From positions 1-64,000 of the forward strand of contig DXJF01000053.1 in assembly GCA_019057375.1 (NCBI GenBank): DNA of 64,000 bases, given 5' to 3'. Numbering within the stretch: the first letter of the stretch is position 1; each line of letters opens with the position of its first letter. The notes under the pieces were generated by a model. The model made no database searches, had not been told where the DNA came from, and saw only the letters and a program-made list of their open reading frames with translations. The position numbers and the translations under genes were made by a program. Below, in pieces: positions 55,870-64,000 of this stretch. The DNA is from Candidatus Heimdallarchaeota archaeon (GTDB taxonomy: Archaea; Asgardarchaeota; Heimdallarchaeia; Heimdallarchaeales; Heimdallarchaeaceae).

Positions 55870-56628
55870 CTATTCTTCTTTTCTGACAAAATATCTATAT
55901 CTATACTTTTCTCTGAAATTTAGTTTTTTGTATAAAGAAATTGCAGGTGTGTTTTTAGCTTCAACTTGCAAGTACATAGTTTTCAATTTGTTTATTTGAG
56001 CATAAGATAGCATCTTTCGCATAATAGACTCTCCTACACCCTTCCTTCGATAACTTGAATGAACATTTAAATCATATATGCCAATATATTCATTGTCGAT
56101 TAAACCTAATACAATACCTATAATCAAATCATCTCTGAGCACTGAGCAAGTTATTTTTTGGTTAGATGTTCTAGAAATTATCCTTCTGAACCCCTCTAAT
56201 TTAGTAGAATCCATTTTTGTAAGATTATACAATGATTGAAACCAAGTTTCATTTACGTTCTCTTCTATTAAACAATCATAACTGTTCATAGAAGCTTCAT
56301 AATTCAGTTGTTCTATTTCCATTGCCATAACAATTGTTTCATCTATCATTCTGAATCCCTTATCTAGAAGTGTTTTTTTCAGATTACTGGGTGCATAGTA
56401 GTCCGGAATCTGGAAGATAAGAGGTAAATTGTTATTATTATATAACTTCTCTACAGCTGTAATATCATGTTCAAGATCAGTCCCAGAATATGCTAGCGGT
56501 AAAACACTATTTGCTCTCTTAGTAACTCCTTCTGATAATCTTATCATCCATCCTTTATAGAGCACTGAATCTCTAGCCTTCCATGCATTATTTGTCAGTT
56601 CTTGAAATTGAAGTACTTCTTTTTTCAA
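55870..56628 (-). CDS. GNAT family N-acetyltransferase
   Basis: GVTKRANSV; acetyl-CoA motif VHSSYRRKGVG; LQVEAKNTPAISLYKKLNF; TTG start. Confidence 0.9.
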   Translation of the reverse strand: MKKEVLQFQELTNNAWKARDSVLYKGWMIRLSEGVTKRANSVLPLAYSGTDLEHDITAVEKLYNNNNLPLIFQIPDYYAPSNLKKTLLDKGFRMIDETIVMAMEIEQLNYEASMNSYDCLIEENVNETWFQSLYNLTKMDSTKLEGFRRIISRTSNQKITCSVLRDDLIIGIVLGLIDNEYIGIYDLNVHSSYRRKGVGESIMRKMLSYAQINKLKTMYLQVEAKNTPAISLYKKLNFREKYRYRYFVRKEE

Positions 56629-56711
56629 CTAGACACCTTTTCATCTTTTAGAATGATATTTGTCTTTCCACTAAAGAAATTTACTTAAAGGAGATAAACA
56701 CATGTTTTGGT

Positions 56712-58121
56712 ATGCGAAGCCTTCAACTATCATTAGTCACATCTTCTGGAATATTGTTGGCTTCCAAACCTGAAACTCTCTCAGAAACACAACATATCTT
56801 AGCTTCTAGTCTCATAAGTGCAATCATAACATTCGCAAAAGAAGTTTATAGACAAGAGCTTCAATCGATTTCATATCATGATAAGAACATCTCATTTGTT
56901 CAAATTTATGATTATATAATTATTATTGAAACAAAGGTAGAAGAAACACTTTTTTCAGATAGGCAACTCGCTCAAATTATTGAACAAATTCGTATTAGTG
57001 CTGAACCTTTACTTTCAGAGAGAGATCCCGATCTCCTTTCTGAAGGGGAAGCAGCTTTAATTTTGGAACACACACTCCATGATTTGTCCAATTTACCACT
57101 TTTCTTTGCGAAAAATCCTCTAAAAAGTTCTGAACCACTTTTATTTAATTTGGTTAGGTTTGATGAAACTGATATAGAAATTATCGAATCTGTAGGCAAG
57201 AAAGAAGATGCAAATGAGATACTAGATATGTTGAAGAGATATAATCTGAATACAGAATTTGAAGGAGAATTAACAGGTATTCTTTTATTAACTCCAGAAA
57301 AGAAATACTCGGCTTTAGTAATCGTTGACGCAAAAGGACCTCAAACAATTCTTGGAATTCTAAGATTTCCTCGAGAACTAGACTATATAGCTTTCAGAAT
57401 TTTTCCTCTAATTCAAGAAAAACTAAAGATAATTTCAGAACAAAATAATCAATTTGAAATGCTTGAAATTCTAGATATCATTCAAAATATTGAAGATACA
57501 GGAAATCATTTCTCTACAGTTGATGTAGAAGATCTGTCACTAGCTTTTCTGGAAAATGCAATAGGGGATGAACCTGATTCAATTCTATATCCAGTTATCA
57601 CTGGAGAAAATGTAGTTATTGTTGGGGATAAATTAACTTCTAGAATGGTGATTGACACCCTTTCAATCTTTAATCAACATATTGCTTCAGAAATAATCCA
57701 ATGGATGGATGAAGAAATAGATGAAGTTAATGAAAACGTTAATCTGAATAATGGTCTATTTGGTATGTCATTACCTCAATTTAAGAAACTAAACTCTTCA
57801 GGAAAGATACCGGAAGAAGCAACAATAGTCAATCTAATTGATGGTGAGATTAAAGGACATAATGAGAGCACTCACTTTCTTGCTCTTTTTGAAAAACTTA
57901 AAGATCAAGATCTGGACAAGGCTTCAGTTATTATTTTCAATGAATTGAGAAAATTAGTATCAATGTCTTATATTATAACCTCATTCTCACTATATGATAA
58001 AGAACAATCTGAAAGGCTATTTAGGAAGCTATTTCAACATTCAGGATTTCCAGCAAGTTTTGTTAACAAAGCAACAGAATTAGCATTGAAGAGAAATCCA
58101 CTATTAACAAAGATTGTTTAA
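56712..58121 (+). CDS. longin plus DENN-like protein, paralogue B
   Basis: colinear with 54451-55857: LSLVTSSGILL...SLISAIITFAKEV...LQSISYHD; ILYPVITGENVVIVG...VIDTLSIF; RNPLL terminus. Confidence 0.7.
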   Translation: MRSLQLSLVTSSGILLASKPETLSETQHILASSLISAIITFAKEVYRQELQSISYHDKNISFVQIYDYIIIIETKVEETLFSDRQLAQIIEQIRISAEPLLSERDPDLLSEGEAALILEHTLHDLSNLPLFFAKNPLKSSEPLLFNLVRFDETDIEIIESVGKKEDANEILDMLKRYNLNTEFEGELTGILLLTPEKKYSALVIVDAKGPQTILGILRFPRELDYIAFRIFPLIQEKLKIISEQNNQFEMLEILDIIQNIEDTGNHFSTVDVEDLSLAFLENAIGDEPDSILYPVITGENVVIVGDKLTSRMVIDTLSIFNQHIASEIIQWMDEEIDEVNENVNLNNGLFGMSLPQFKKLNSSGKIPEEATIVNLIDGEIKGHNESTHFLALFEKLKDQDLDKASVIIFNELRKLVSMSYIITSFSLYDKEQSERLFRKLFQHSGFPASFVNKATELALKRNPLLTKIV

Positions 58122-58145
58122 CCTACACATTTTGTGTTGCTACCT

Positions 58146-59576
58146 CTAATCTTCCTCTAATTCTATTGTTTTCTTGTGTAAAACGTGTCTTTCCCAATCA
58201 AAAGTTATTTGTCCATCTTCATGCTTTGTAAAGGGGATATCAAGTGTCCCATAATCTGTAATGATGTAGAAATCCATTACTTCAGGATCATCATTTTTAG
58301 GTATTAGAGGTGTAACAGATTTATCTGGCCAGTTATCATCTATAACGAAAAGAACAGAACCTTTTTGTTCTATTTTGAAAGTGATTGTCTTTTTGTAAGC
58401 TTCATATCTACCACATAAACTTCTGTAATGTCTCTTTCTCTTGTAATAAGGTATCTCTTCTTCTGGATCCTTTCCTAGTAATAATGCAAAAGCTGTGAGC
58501 ATTAAATACAGTGGACTCCAGTTAACGTTCTGCAATTGAGCATAAGTTAGATTTAATTCCGGAATAAAACCAACATACCCTCCTGAAACGCCAGACATTC
58601 CACCATGATATATTAATTTATAACCAAAAAAGTTTTCAAAAATCCTCCAACCATACCCATAAGCTGGTTTAGCACCTGGACAAAAGTGTGGATATTTTGA
58701 TTGTATATTTCTATTATGAGGATTCAACATTTCTTTACTCAATGATTCATCTAGAACTTTTTTTCCATTGAATGTTCCACCATTCATATGACAGTGAAGA
58801 TAATTTGTAATTTCTTGAACGCTTGAAATCAATCCTCCGGCACCTGCAATGAAAGGTCCTGATAATAAATCTGTAGTTTCTCTTTCAATTTGTTTATCCT
58901 TCACGTTATAATTAAAACCCCTTGATGAATCTTTATCCTTTTTTACATCTTCAAGAGAAAAAGTACTTCTATTCATTTCTAAAGGTTGTAAAATATTCTC
59001 TTTGACATATTCCTCAAAAGATTTTCCACTAACTTTTTCAATAATTTGACCAAGTAAAGCAAAACCACCATTCCAATAATAATATTTAGTATTTGGTGGA
59101 CTGAGAACTTCAGTTTTTGCATCATTTACATGAAAAAAGAAATCACCCCAATTACCTAGGGGAAATTCTGGAGCCTTACCTTTGAATAATTGTTGATTTA
59201 TTTGTGAGAAGTAAAAAGTCATTAGTGAGGGAATCCCAGATGAATGACTCATTAAATGGAGAATCTTTATTGGATTATCTTTAAATCCTAAATCTACTGG
59301 GATATATTTTGAGATTAGATCATTAATATCTAATTTGCCAGCTTCATGAAGTTGTAAAATTGCCATACAGGTTACAGATTTTGTTATTGATGAAACACCA
59401 TAGAGCGTTTCTACAGAAGCTGGTTTTACATCTCCCCTTTCTCTAACTCCAAAAGATCTCTGATATATTGCTTCTCCATCTTTTGTCACAATAACTGACA
59501 TTCCAGGAATCTTTAGATCCCTCATTACTTTAACAGTTTCATGTTCAAATTTATCCCTAAACAACTTAAGATTCAT
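58146..59576 (-). CDS. serine hydrolase, beta-lactamase class C / D-peptidase family, with C-terminal extension
   Basis: SxxK (SITK), LMSHSSG, YxN (YWN), AGAGGLIS, YGYGW, HGG. Confidence 0.9.
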   Translation of the reverse strand: MNLKLFRDKFEHETVKVMRDLKIPGMSVIVTKDGEAIYQRSFGVRERGDVKPASVETLYGVSSITKSVTCMAILQLHEAGKLDINDLISKYIPVDLGFKDNPIKILHLMSHSSGIPSLMTFYFSQINQQLFKGKAPEFPLGNWGDFFFHVNDAKTEVLSPPNTKYYYWNGGFALLGQIIEKVSGKSFEEYVKENILQPLEMNRSTFSLEDVKKDKDSSRGFNYNVKDKQIERETTDLLSGPFIAGAGGLISSVQEITNYLHCHMNGGTFNGKKVLDESLSKEMLNPHNRNIQSKYPHFCPGAKPAYGYGWRIFENFFGYKLIYHGGMSGVSGGYVGFIPELNLTYAQLQNVNWSPLYLMLTAFALLLGKDPEEEIPYYKRKRHYRSLCGRYEAYKKTITFKIEQKGSVLFVIDDNWPDKSVTPLIPKNDDPEVMDFYIITDYGTLDIPFTKHEDGQITFDWERHVLHKKTIELEED

Positions 59577-59738
59577 ACTACCACAGTCAGTTATGTTTAT
59601 TTATACACTTATAAAAATAACATATAGTTTATAACATTTTTGTTAAACATTAATTATTTTCCCGAAAATCTTATATATACTTATACAAATTCACTAACAA
59701 GTGCTTTGGCTAAAGGTCAAAGATACGAAAAAAAAGGA

Positions 59739-61493
59739 ATGATAAATTTGAATAAAAAATTCTTAAAACTATCACTATTTTTTATGGCATTTTTAATGAG
59801 TTCGGCTCCTTTCTTTGCAGCAGTTGGTCAACAACCTTTCGTAGGTGGTAGACTAGTTGTACCTTTAAGTGCAGACATTCATGTTTTGACTCCATTTGAA
59901 TATGGTACTACATATGAGGGTTATGTTCTTGGTCATATGTATGATTCTCTTGTACAATACGATGTTGACAATCAACCTCAACCAGTTCTTTGTGAAAGCT
60001 GGTGGTATAATTCAACTTATGAGAAATGGATTTTTACATTGAGAGAAAACACTTTCTGGCATGATGGAGAAGTATTAGATACAGCAGATGTGTACTTTAC
60101 TTGGACAACATTTTTGGATGATCCAACAATATCAAGAAGAAGTTGGCTTTACAATTATGTAGATGAAATTACTGTGCTTAATGCTACAGCCATTCAAGTA
60201 GAATTCACTTATGGACCAAAGCCACAAGATGTTCTCATTGAATTTGCAGATGCATGGATAGTACCTGAACACCTCTGGAATGATAAGGATGTTACTACTT
60301 ACGCTAATATTGAGAATCCTATAGGAAGTGGACCCTTTGTCTTTGAAGAATGGTCTCCTGGTCAATATTTCAGACTCTCAAGAAATGCGAATTATTATCT
60401 TGATGGACCTTGGGTAGAAGAAAAGATACTCCAAATAGTCCCAACAATAGAAGCAGGATTTTATGCACTTAGCGTTGGTGAACTTGAAACTCTAACAGAT
60501 GTTCCTCCAGAGCTTGAATTAGTAGCTCAAAATGATCCAAATATCGATTCTCATGAATATCTCGATGATTATATCATGTATTTAGGAGTTAATCATCGAC
60601 GATGGCCAAATAACGTTACTGCTTTCAGACAAGCTATTCTACAAGGAATAGATAGAGATGCAATCATTGAAATTGCAGGATTTGGCAGAGGATTAGAAGC
60701 TCCTGCATCTATGAGCTTACCTTGGGGACCCTACTACGATGATACAATACCTGATTATGCTTATGATGTCTTAGCAGCAAATGCTACCTTAGATAGTATT
60801 GGTATAACTGATTCAGATGCAGATGGTTACAGAGAAGGTAATGGTACAGAACTAACGTTCAGACTACTAGTGAGTGGTGAATACCAACAATCAGTTGATA
60901 CAGCTACAATTATAGCAAGCTATATGAGAAAACTTGGTATTGAAGTCATTGTTGAACCTCTATTATGGGCCAATGTCTGGAAAAGAATAGGCGGACTTGG
61001 TGGCACATATGCTGAGAAATATGACTATGATTGGTGTTTCGCTGGTTGGGTAAGTTTCTGGAGTGATATGCATCCTAATTGGGCAGCTTGGATGTTCAAT
61101 GAAGACCTGAAATGGGGAAGTGATAACTATAATATCCCAGGTTGGGAAGGTGCTTATCGTACTCAAGTGACCGACTTAACTAATGAAATTATGACAGAAA
61201 CAGATGAAGGCGTTGTTCTAACCAAGCTTGATCAAGTTCAACACATTATAGCTCAAGAATTGCCATACATACCAGTCAGAGTTATGGGTCGTATAGCTCT
61301 TTATAGAAATGATTCATTTACAGGTTGGGTAAAAGGTCCAACTACAGGTTTAGACAACTGGGAATCATGGCTAGCTGTTCATTTAGTAGAACCAGAAGAA
61401 GGAGATGGATTCCAAGTTATGACTGCTGTGATTGCAGTAGGATTTCTACTTGTTGGATCTTTCTTACTAAAACGACGACGACGCTTGAAATAG
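59739..61493 (+). CDS. dppA: peptide/nickel ABC transporter substrate-binding protein (family 5) with C-terminal anchor
   Basis: start revised to MINLNKK at 59739; LRENTFWHDGE, PIGSGPF, NANYY, QELPYIP; C-terminal DGFQVMTAVIAVGFLLVGSFLL-KRRRR. Confidence 0.92.
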   Translation: MINLNKKFLKLSLFFMAFLMSSAPFFAAVGQQPFVGGRLVVPLSADIHVLTPFEYGTTYEGYVLGHMYDSLVQYDVDNQPQPVLCESWWYNSTYEKWIFTLRENTFWHDGEVLDTADVYFTWTTFLDDPTISRRSWLYNYVDEITVLNATAIQVEFTYGPKPQDVLIEFADAWIVPEHLWNDKDVTTYANIENPIGSGPFVFEEWSPGQYFRLSRNANYYLDGPWVEEKILQIVPTIEAGFYALSVGELETLTDVPPELELVAQNDPNIDSHEYLDDYIMYLGVNHRRWPNNVTAFRQAILQGIDRDAIIEIAGFGRGLEAPASMSLPWGPYYDDTIPDYAYDVLAANATLDSIGITDSDADGYREGNGTELTFRLLVSGEYQQSVDTATIIASYMRKLGIEVIVEPLLWANVWKRIGGLGGTYAEKYDYDWCFAGWVSFWSDMHPNWAAWMFNEDLKWGSDNYNIPGWEGAYRTQVTDLTNEIMTETDEGVVLTKLDQVQHIIAQELPYIPVRVMGRIALYRNDSFTGWVKGPTTGLDNWESWLAVHLVEPEEGDGFQVMTAVIAVGFLLVGSFLLKRRRRLK

Positions 61494-61515
61494 AAATGTT
61501 ATAATCACAAAAATC

Positions 61516-61537
61516 AAATCCAGGACAACCTGGATTT
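61516..61537 (+). terminator. stem-loop between the substrate-binding and permease genes
   Basis: AAATCCAGG-ACAA-CCTGGATTT followed by T-rich tracts. Confidence 0.6.
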
Positions 61538-61665
61538 ATCTATTTTTCTTCATTTACTTTTTAAATTTACTATTTAGCTTAATTTAATTTATCTAAACAT
61601 ATAGTTTTTCCCGAAAAATTTAAAAATATTTCAATTATAATAGATTTAGAAATGGAGTTATAATC

Positions 61666-62904
61666 ATGTCTGTAATGGATTTTTTTCAACGTGTATACTC
61701 TCCTATATCTGGATTCTTTGAAGAAATATACGATTTTTTATCTGAAATTCTTCAAAAGGAAACAATATACAAAGAAATACAAAAAGAAGATGTCTTCTCA
61801 CAAAGAATCTCTAAAAGGTTTTTGATAATCGGATTTTATCCACGTATCTCCCCTCTTTGGTATATTTTATTGATAATAATATCATTAGTAAATTTCTGGC
61901 GAAATAAAAGACTTAGGAATTATGTTTTAAAGAAATTATTTTTTGCTGTGATTGCATATTTCATCGCAATTATTGTTGTTTTCATTATTTATCATGTATT
62001 ACCAGGGAATCCAGCGGATCTTTTTGCTATGGATCCGCGCGCCGATCCAGCACTAAGGGACGCATTGCTACAGAGATGGGGACTAGACCAACCATTAATT
62101 AATCAATTTTTCATATTCCTAAGAAATCTTTTTCAAGGAGACCTAGGATATTCTTTTCTTCATAAAAGACCTGTTTCTGAATTGATTGGTGAAAGGCTTC
62201 CATGGACTCTTCTTCTGCTTGGTTCATCATTTGTTATTAGTGGTGTTGTAGGTATACTTCTAGGTTCTGTTGTTGCATGGAGAAGAGGTTCTAAACTAGA
62301 TACAACTTTTGTTTTAACTTATAATGTTTACAATGCAATTCCTTTATTCTTTACAGGGATGATTTTCATCGCAGTTTTTGGATATCAAGCTAGGATTAAT
62401 AATTGGCCATTCTATTTCCCGATTCTAGGTGGAAAAACGCCTTGGATTAATATTGAAACCTCAGGTTTCTTTCTGGTCTTGCTTGATGTTCTTTGGCATT
62501 TAGTACTCCCACTTACAGTTCTTGTTATCTATGGAGTTTTAAGTTGGTCGTGGTTCATGCGAGGAAATCTTATTAATGTAAAGACAGAAGATTACATTCA
62601 AACAGCAAAAGCCAAAGGTCTTAGTGACACACAAGTGCTTTTTAGACACGGTTTTAAAAATGCATTACTACCTGTAATTACGAATATAGGAATGAGCATT
62701 GGTGGGTTAATAGGAGGATCCGTGCTTGTTGAAACAGTTTTTGGTTATCCAGGAACTGGTTCAATGCTTTATGAAGCTATTTTGTACGGAGATTATCCTC
62801 TTCTTCAAGGATCTTTCATTATTATTGCAGGTATTACATTGCTGGGACTCCTTTTAGCAGAAATTGCTTATGGTTTCATCGATCCAAGGATAAGGAGTGA
62901 TTAG
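61666..62904 (+). CDS. dppB: peptide ABC permease (DppB/OppB) with about 80-aa N-terminal extension
   Basis: PGNP, GDLGYS, RLPWT, EDYIQTAKAKG, HGFKN, DPRIR. Confidence 0.92.
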   Translation: MSVMDFFQRVYSPISGFFEEIYDFLSEILQKETIYKEIQKEDVFSQRISKRFLIIGFYPRISPLWYILLIIISLVNFWRNKRLRNYVLKKLFFAVIAYFIAIIVVFIIYHVLPGNPADLFAMDPRADPALRDALLQRWGLDQPLINQFFIFLRNLFQGDLGYSFLHKRPVSELIGERLPWTLLLLGSSFVISGVVGILLGSVVAWRRGSKLDTTFVLTYNVYNAIPLFFTGMIFIAVFGYQARINNWPFYFPILGGKTPWINIETSGFFLVLLDVLWHLVLPLTVLVIYGVLSWSWFMRGNLINVKTEDYIQTAKAKGLSDTQVLFRHGFKNALLPVITNIGMSIGGLIGGSVLVETVFGYPGTGSMLYEAILYGDYPLLQGSFIIIAGITLLGLLLAEIAYGFIDPRIRSD

Positions 62905-62915
62905 GAGGAATAAAT

Positions 62916-63842
62916 ATGGGCATGAAAATAATTGGAAATATCTTGGATTCAATAAATATTAATAATATGAAACGTAGACTGAGAAAACTGAATGCTTCCT
63001 TTAAAATATTTAGGAGAAACTGGATGGGAGTAACGGGTTCAATTTTATTGCTAGTTATTGTAATTTTAGCAATAGGAGGACCTAACTTAACAAAATACGA
63101 CTCACATGCAGACGCTACAGTAATAGATCGACTCTTACCACCAAATTGGGATCACTTGTTAGGGACAAATAGATATGGACAAGATGTTTTTACAATTCTT
63201 TTAGATAGTCTAAGAATATCTTTACTAGTTGGGATTCTTGCTGGAGGTCTAACAGTTGTAATAGGAACCACTATAGGAGTCGCAAGTGCATATATTGGAG
63301 GATGGGTCGACAATTTCATTATGAGAATAACTGATGTAATTTTAGTTCTCCCAGCATTACCTTTAATGCTTGTATTAGCTTCCCTACCCTTCTTATGGGG
63401 GAGAACACACTGGTCAGTTATAGCATTCGTTTATGTTATTGTTTTTTGGCCAGTTTCCGCTAGAATTATACGAGGACAAGCCTTATCTCTTAAACAACGA
63501 GCTTTTATTACAAGTGCAAGATCTGCAGGAGCTGGTAAATTTTACATTATTTTCAAACATATATTACCAAATGTTTTTCCTCTAATGCTCACCATGGTCA
63601 TAACATCAATGAGACAAGCTATTCTTTATGAAGCATTCTTATCATATTTAGGGCTTGGAGATCCTTTAAATTGGACACTTGGACAAATGCTTCATGTTGC
63701 TCAACAACAAGCAGCTTTCGCTTCGGGAGCATGGTGGCTTTTCTTCCCACCTGGAATAGCAATTGGATTAATAACTCTAAGTTTCGCATTTATTGGTATG
63801 GCACTTGATGAAATAGTAAATCCAAGACTTAGAAAAAGGTGA
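62916..63842 (+). CDS. dppC: peptide ABC permease (DppC/OppC)
   Basis: HLLGTNRYGQD, IMRITD, FITSARSAGA, HILPN, EAFLSYLGLG, NPRLR. Confidence 0.93.
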   Translation: MGMKIIGNILDSININNMKRRLRKLNASFKIFRRNWMGVTGSILLLVIVILAIGGPNLTKYDSHADATVIDRLLPPNWDHLLGTNRYGQDVFTILLDSLRISLLVGILAGGLTVVIGTTIGVASAYIGGWVDNFIMRITDVILVLPALPLMLVLASLPFLWGRTHWSVIAFVYVIVFWPVSARIIRGQALSLKQRAFITSARSAGAGKFYIIFKHILPNVFPLMLTMVITSMRQAILYEAFLSYLGLGDPLNWTLGQMLHVAQQQAAFASGAWWLFFPPGIAIGLITLSFAFIGMALDEIVNPRLRKR

Positions 63843-63846
63843 TTAA

Positions 63847-64000
63847 ATGGCATTACTTGAAATTAAAAACTTAAAAACTTACTATCATACCAGCACAGGA
63901 GATGTTAAAGCAGTTGATGATGTCAGTTTCAAGCTAGAAAAAGGAGAAGTACTAGGTCTAGCAGGAGAATCCGGATGTGGAAAAACTACAACGTGTCTTT
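63847..64000 (+). CDS. dppD: peptide ABC ATP-binding subunit (DppD/OppD), 5-prime partial, cut by the window edge
   Basis: hand translation [48 protein letters not shown]. Confidence 0.92.
   Translation, partial: MALLEIKNLKTYYHTSTGDVKAVDDVSFKLEKGEVLGLAGESGCGKTTTCL

Noticed and set aside
58146-59576. Antibiotic-resistance beta-lactamase
   Set aside because: SxxK/YxN hydrolases of this type are mostly peptidases or esterases; context next to a peptide ABC operon favours peptide catabolism
59640-59738. ORF-track N-terminal extension of dppA
   Set aside because: The extension covers TATA-like promoter sequence; the signal peptide starts at MINLNKK or LNKK
1-64000. CRISPR arrays, tRNA or rRNA genes, IS elements, integrases
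   Set aside because: No regularly spaced repeats, T-arm GGTTCGA motifs with cloverleaf context, GC-rich RNA-like tracts or transposase/recombinase ORFs seen by eye; tRNAscan and Infernal were not run

Overview
AT-rich, gene-dense prokaryotic window with no rRNA, tRNA, CRISPR array, transposase or integrase that I could recognise. The gene content points to an Asgard archaeon, most plausibly Heimdallarchaeia-like (inference). Supporting features are a stand-alone Rag/Gtr-like small GTPase, longin/DENN-like proteins, C-terminally anchored ABC solute-binding proteins, archaeal TATA-like boxes and GGTGA ribosome-binding sites. Recognisable modules: a thiamine-type ABC importer with a kinase (72-4935); a 1563-aa receptor-like surface protein next to the Rag-like GTPase (6194-11512); three paralogues of an unrecognised membrane protein family (13662-17619, 36233-37948); two N6-adenine DNA methyltransferases; bacterial-type RNase III and NAD-dependent DNA ligase; a decaying accessory patch with a membrane-anchored Nudix-like protein (about 21470-25700); a DUF134/NifX/NifX/MinD-ferredoxin x2 operon; glutaredoxin plus ferredoxin:thioredoxin reductase; two tandem TldD/PmbA pairs; two longin-DENN-like paralogues; and a peptide ABC operon that runs off the right edge. 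The leading candidate for an undescribed system is the extracellular-repeat, single-pass protein whose cytoplasmic tail resembles a folliculin/SMCR8-type uDENN-longin domain with the ARG arginine-finger motif, encoded directly after a Rag-like GTPase. All family calls are from motif recognition by eye; no database searches were run.
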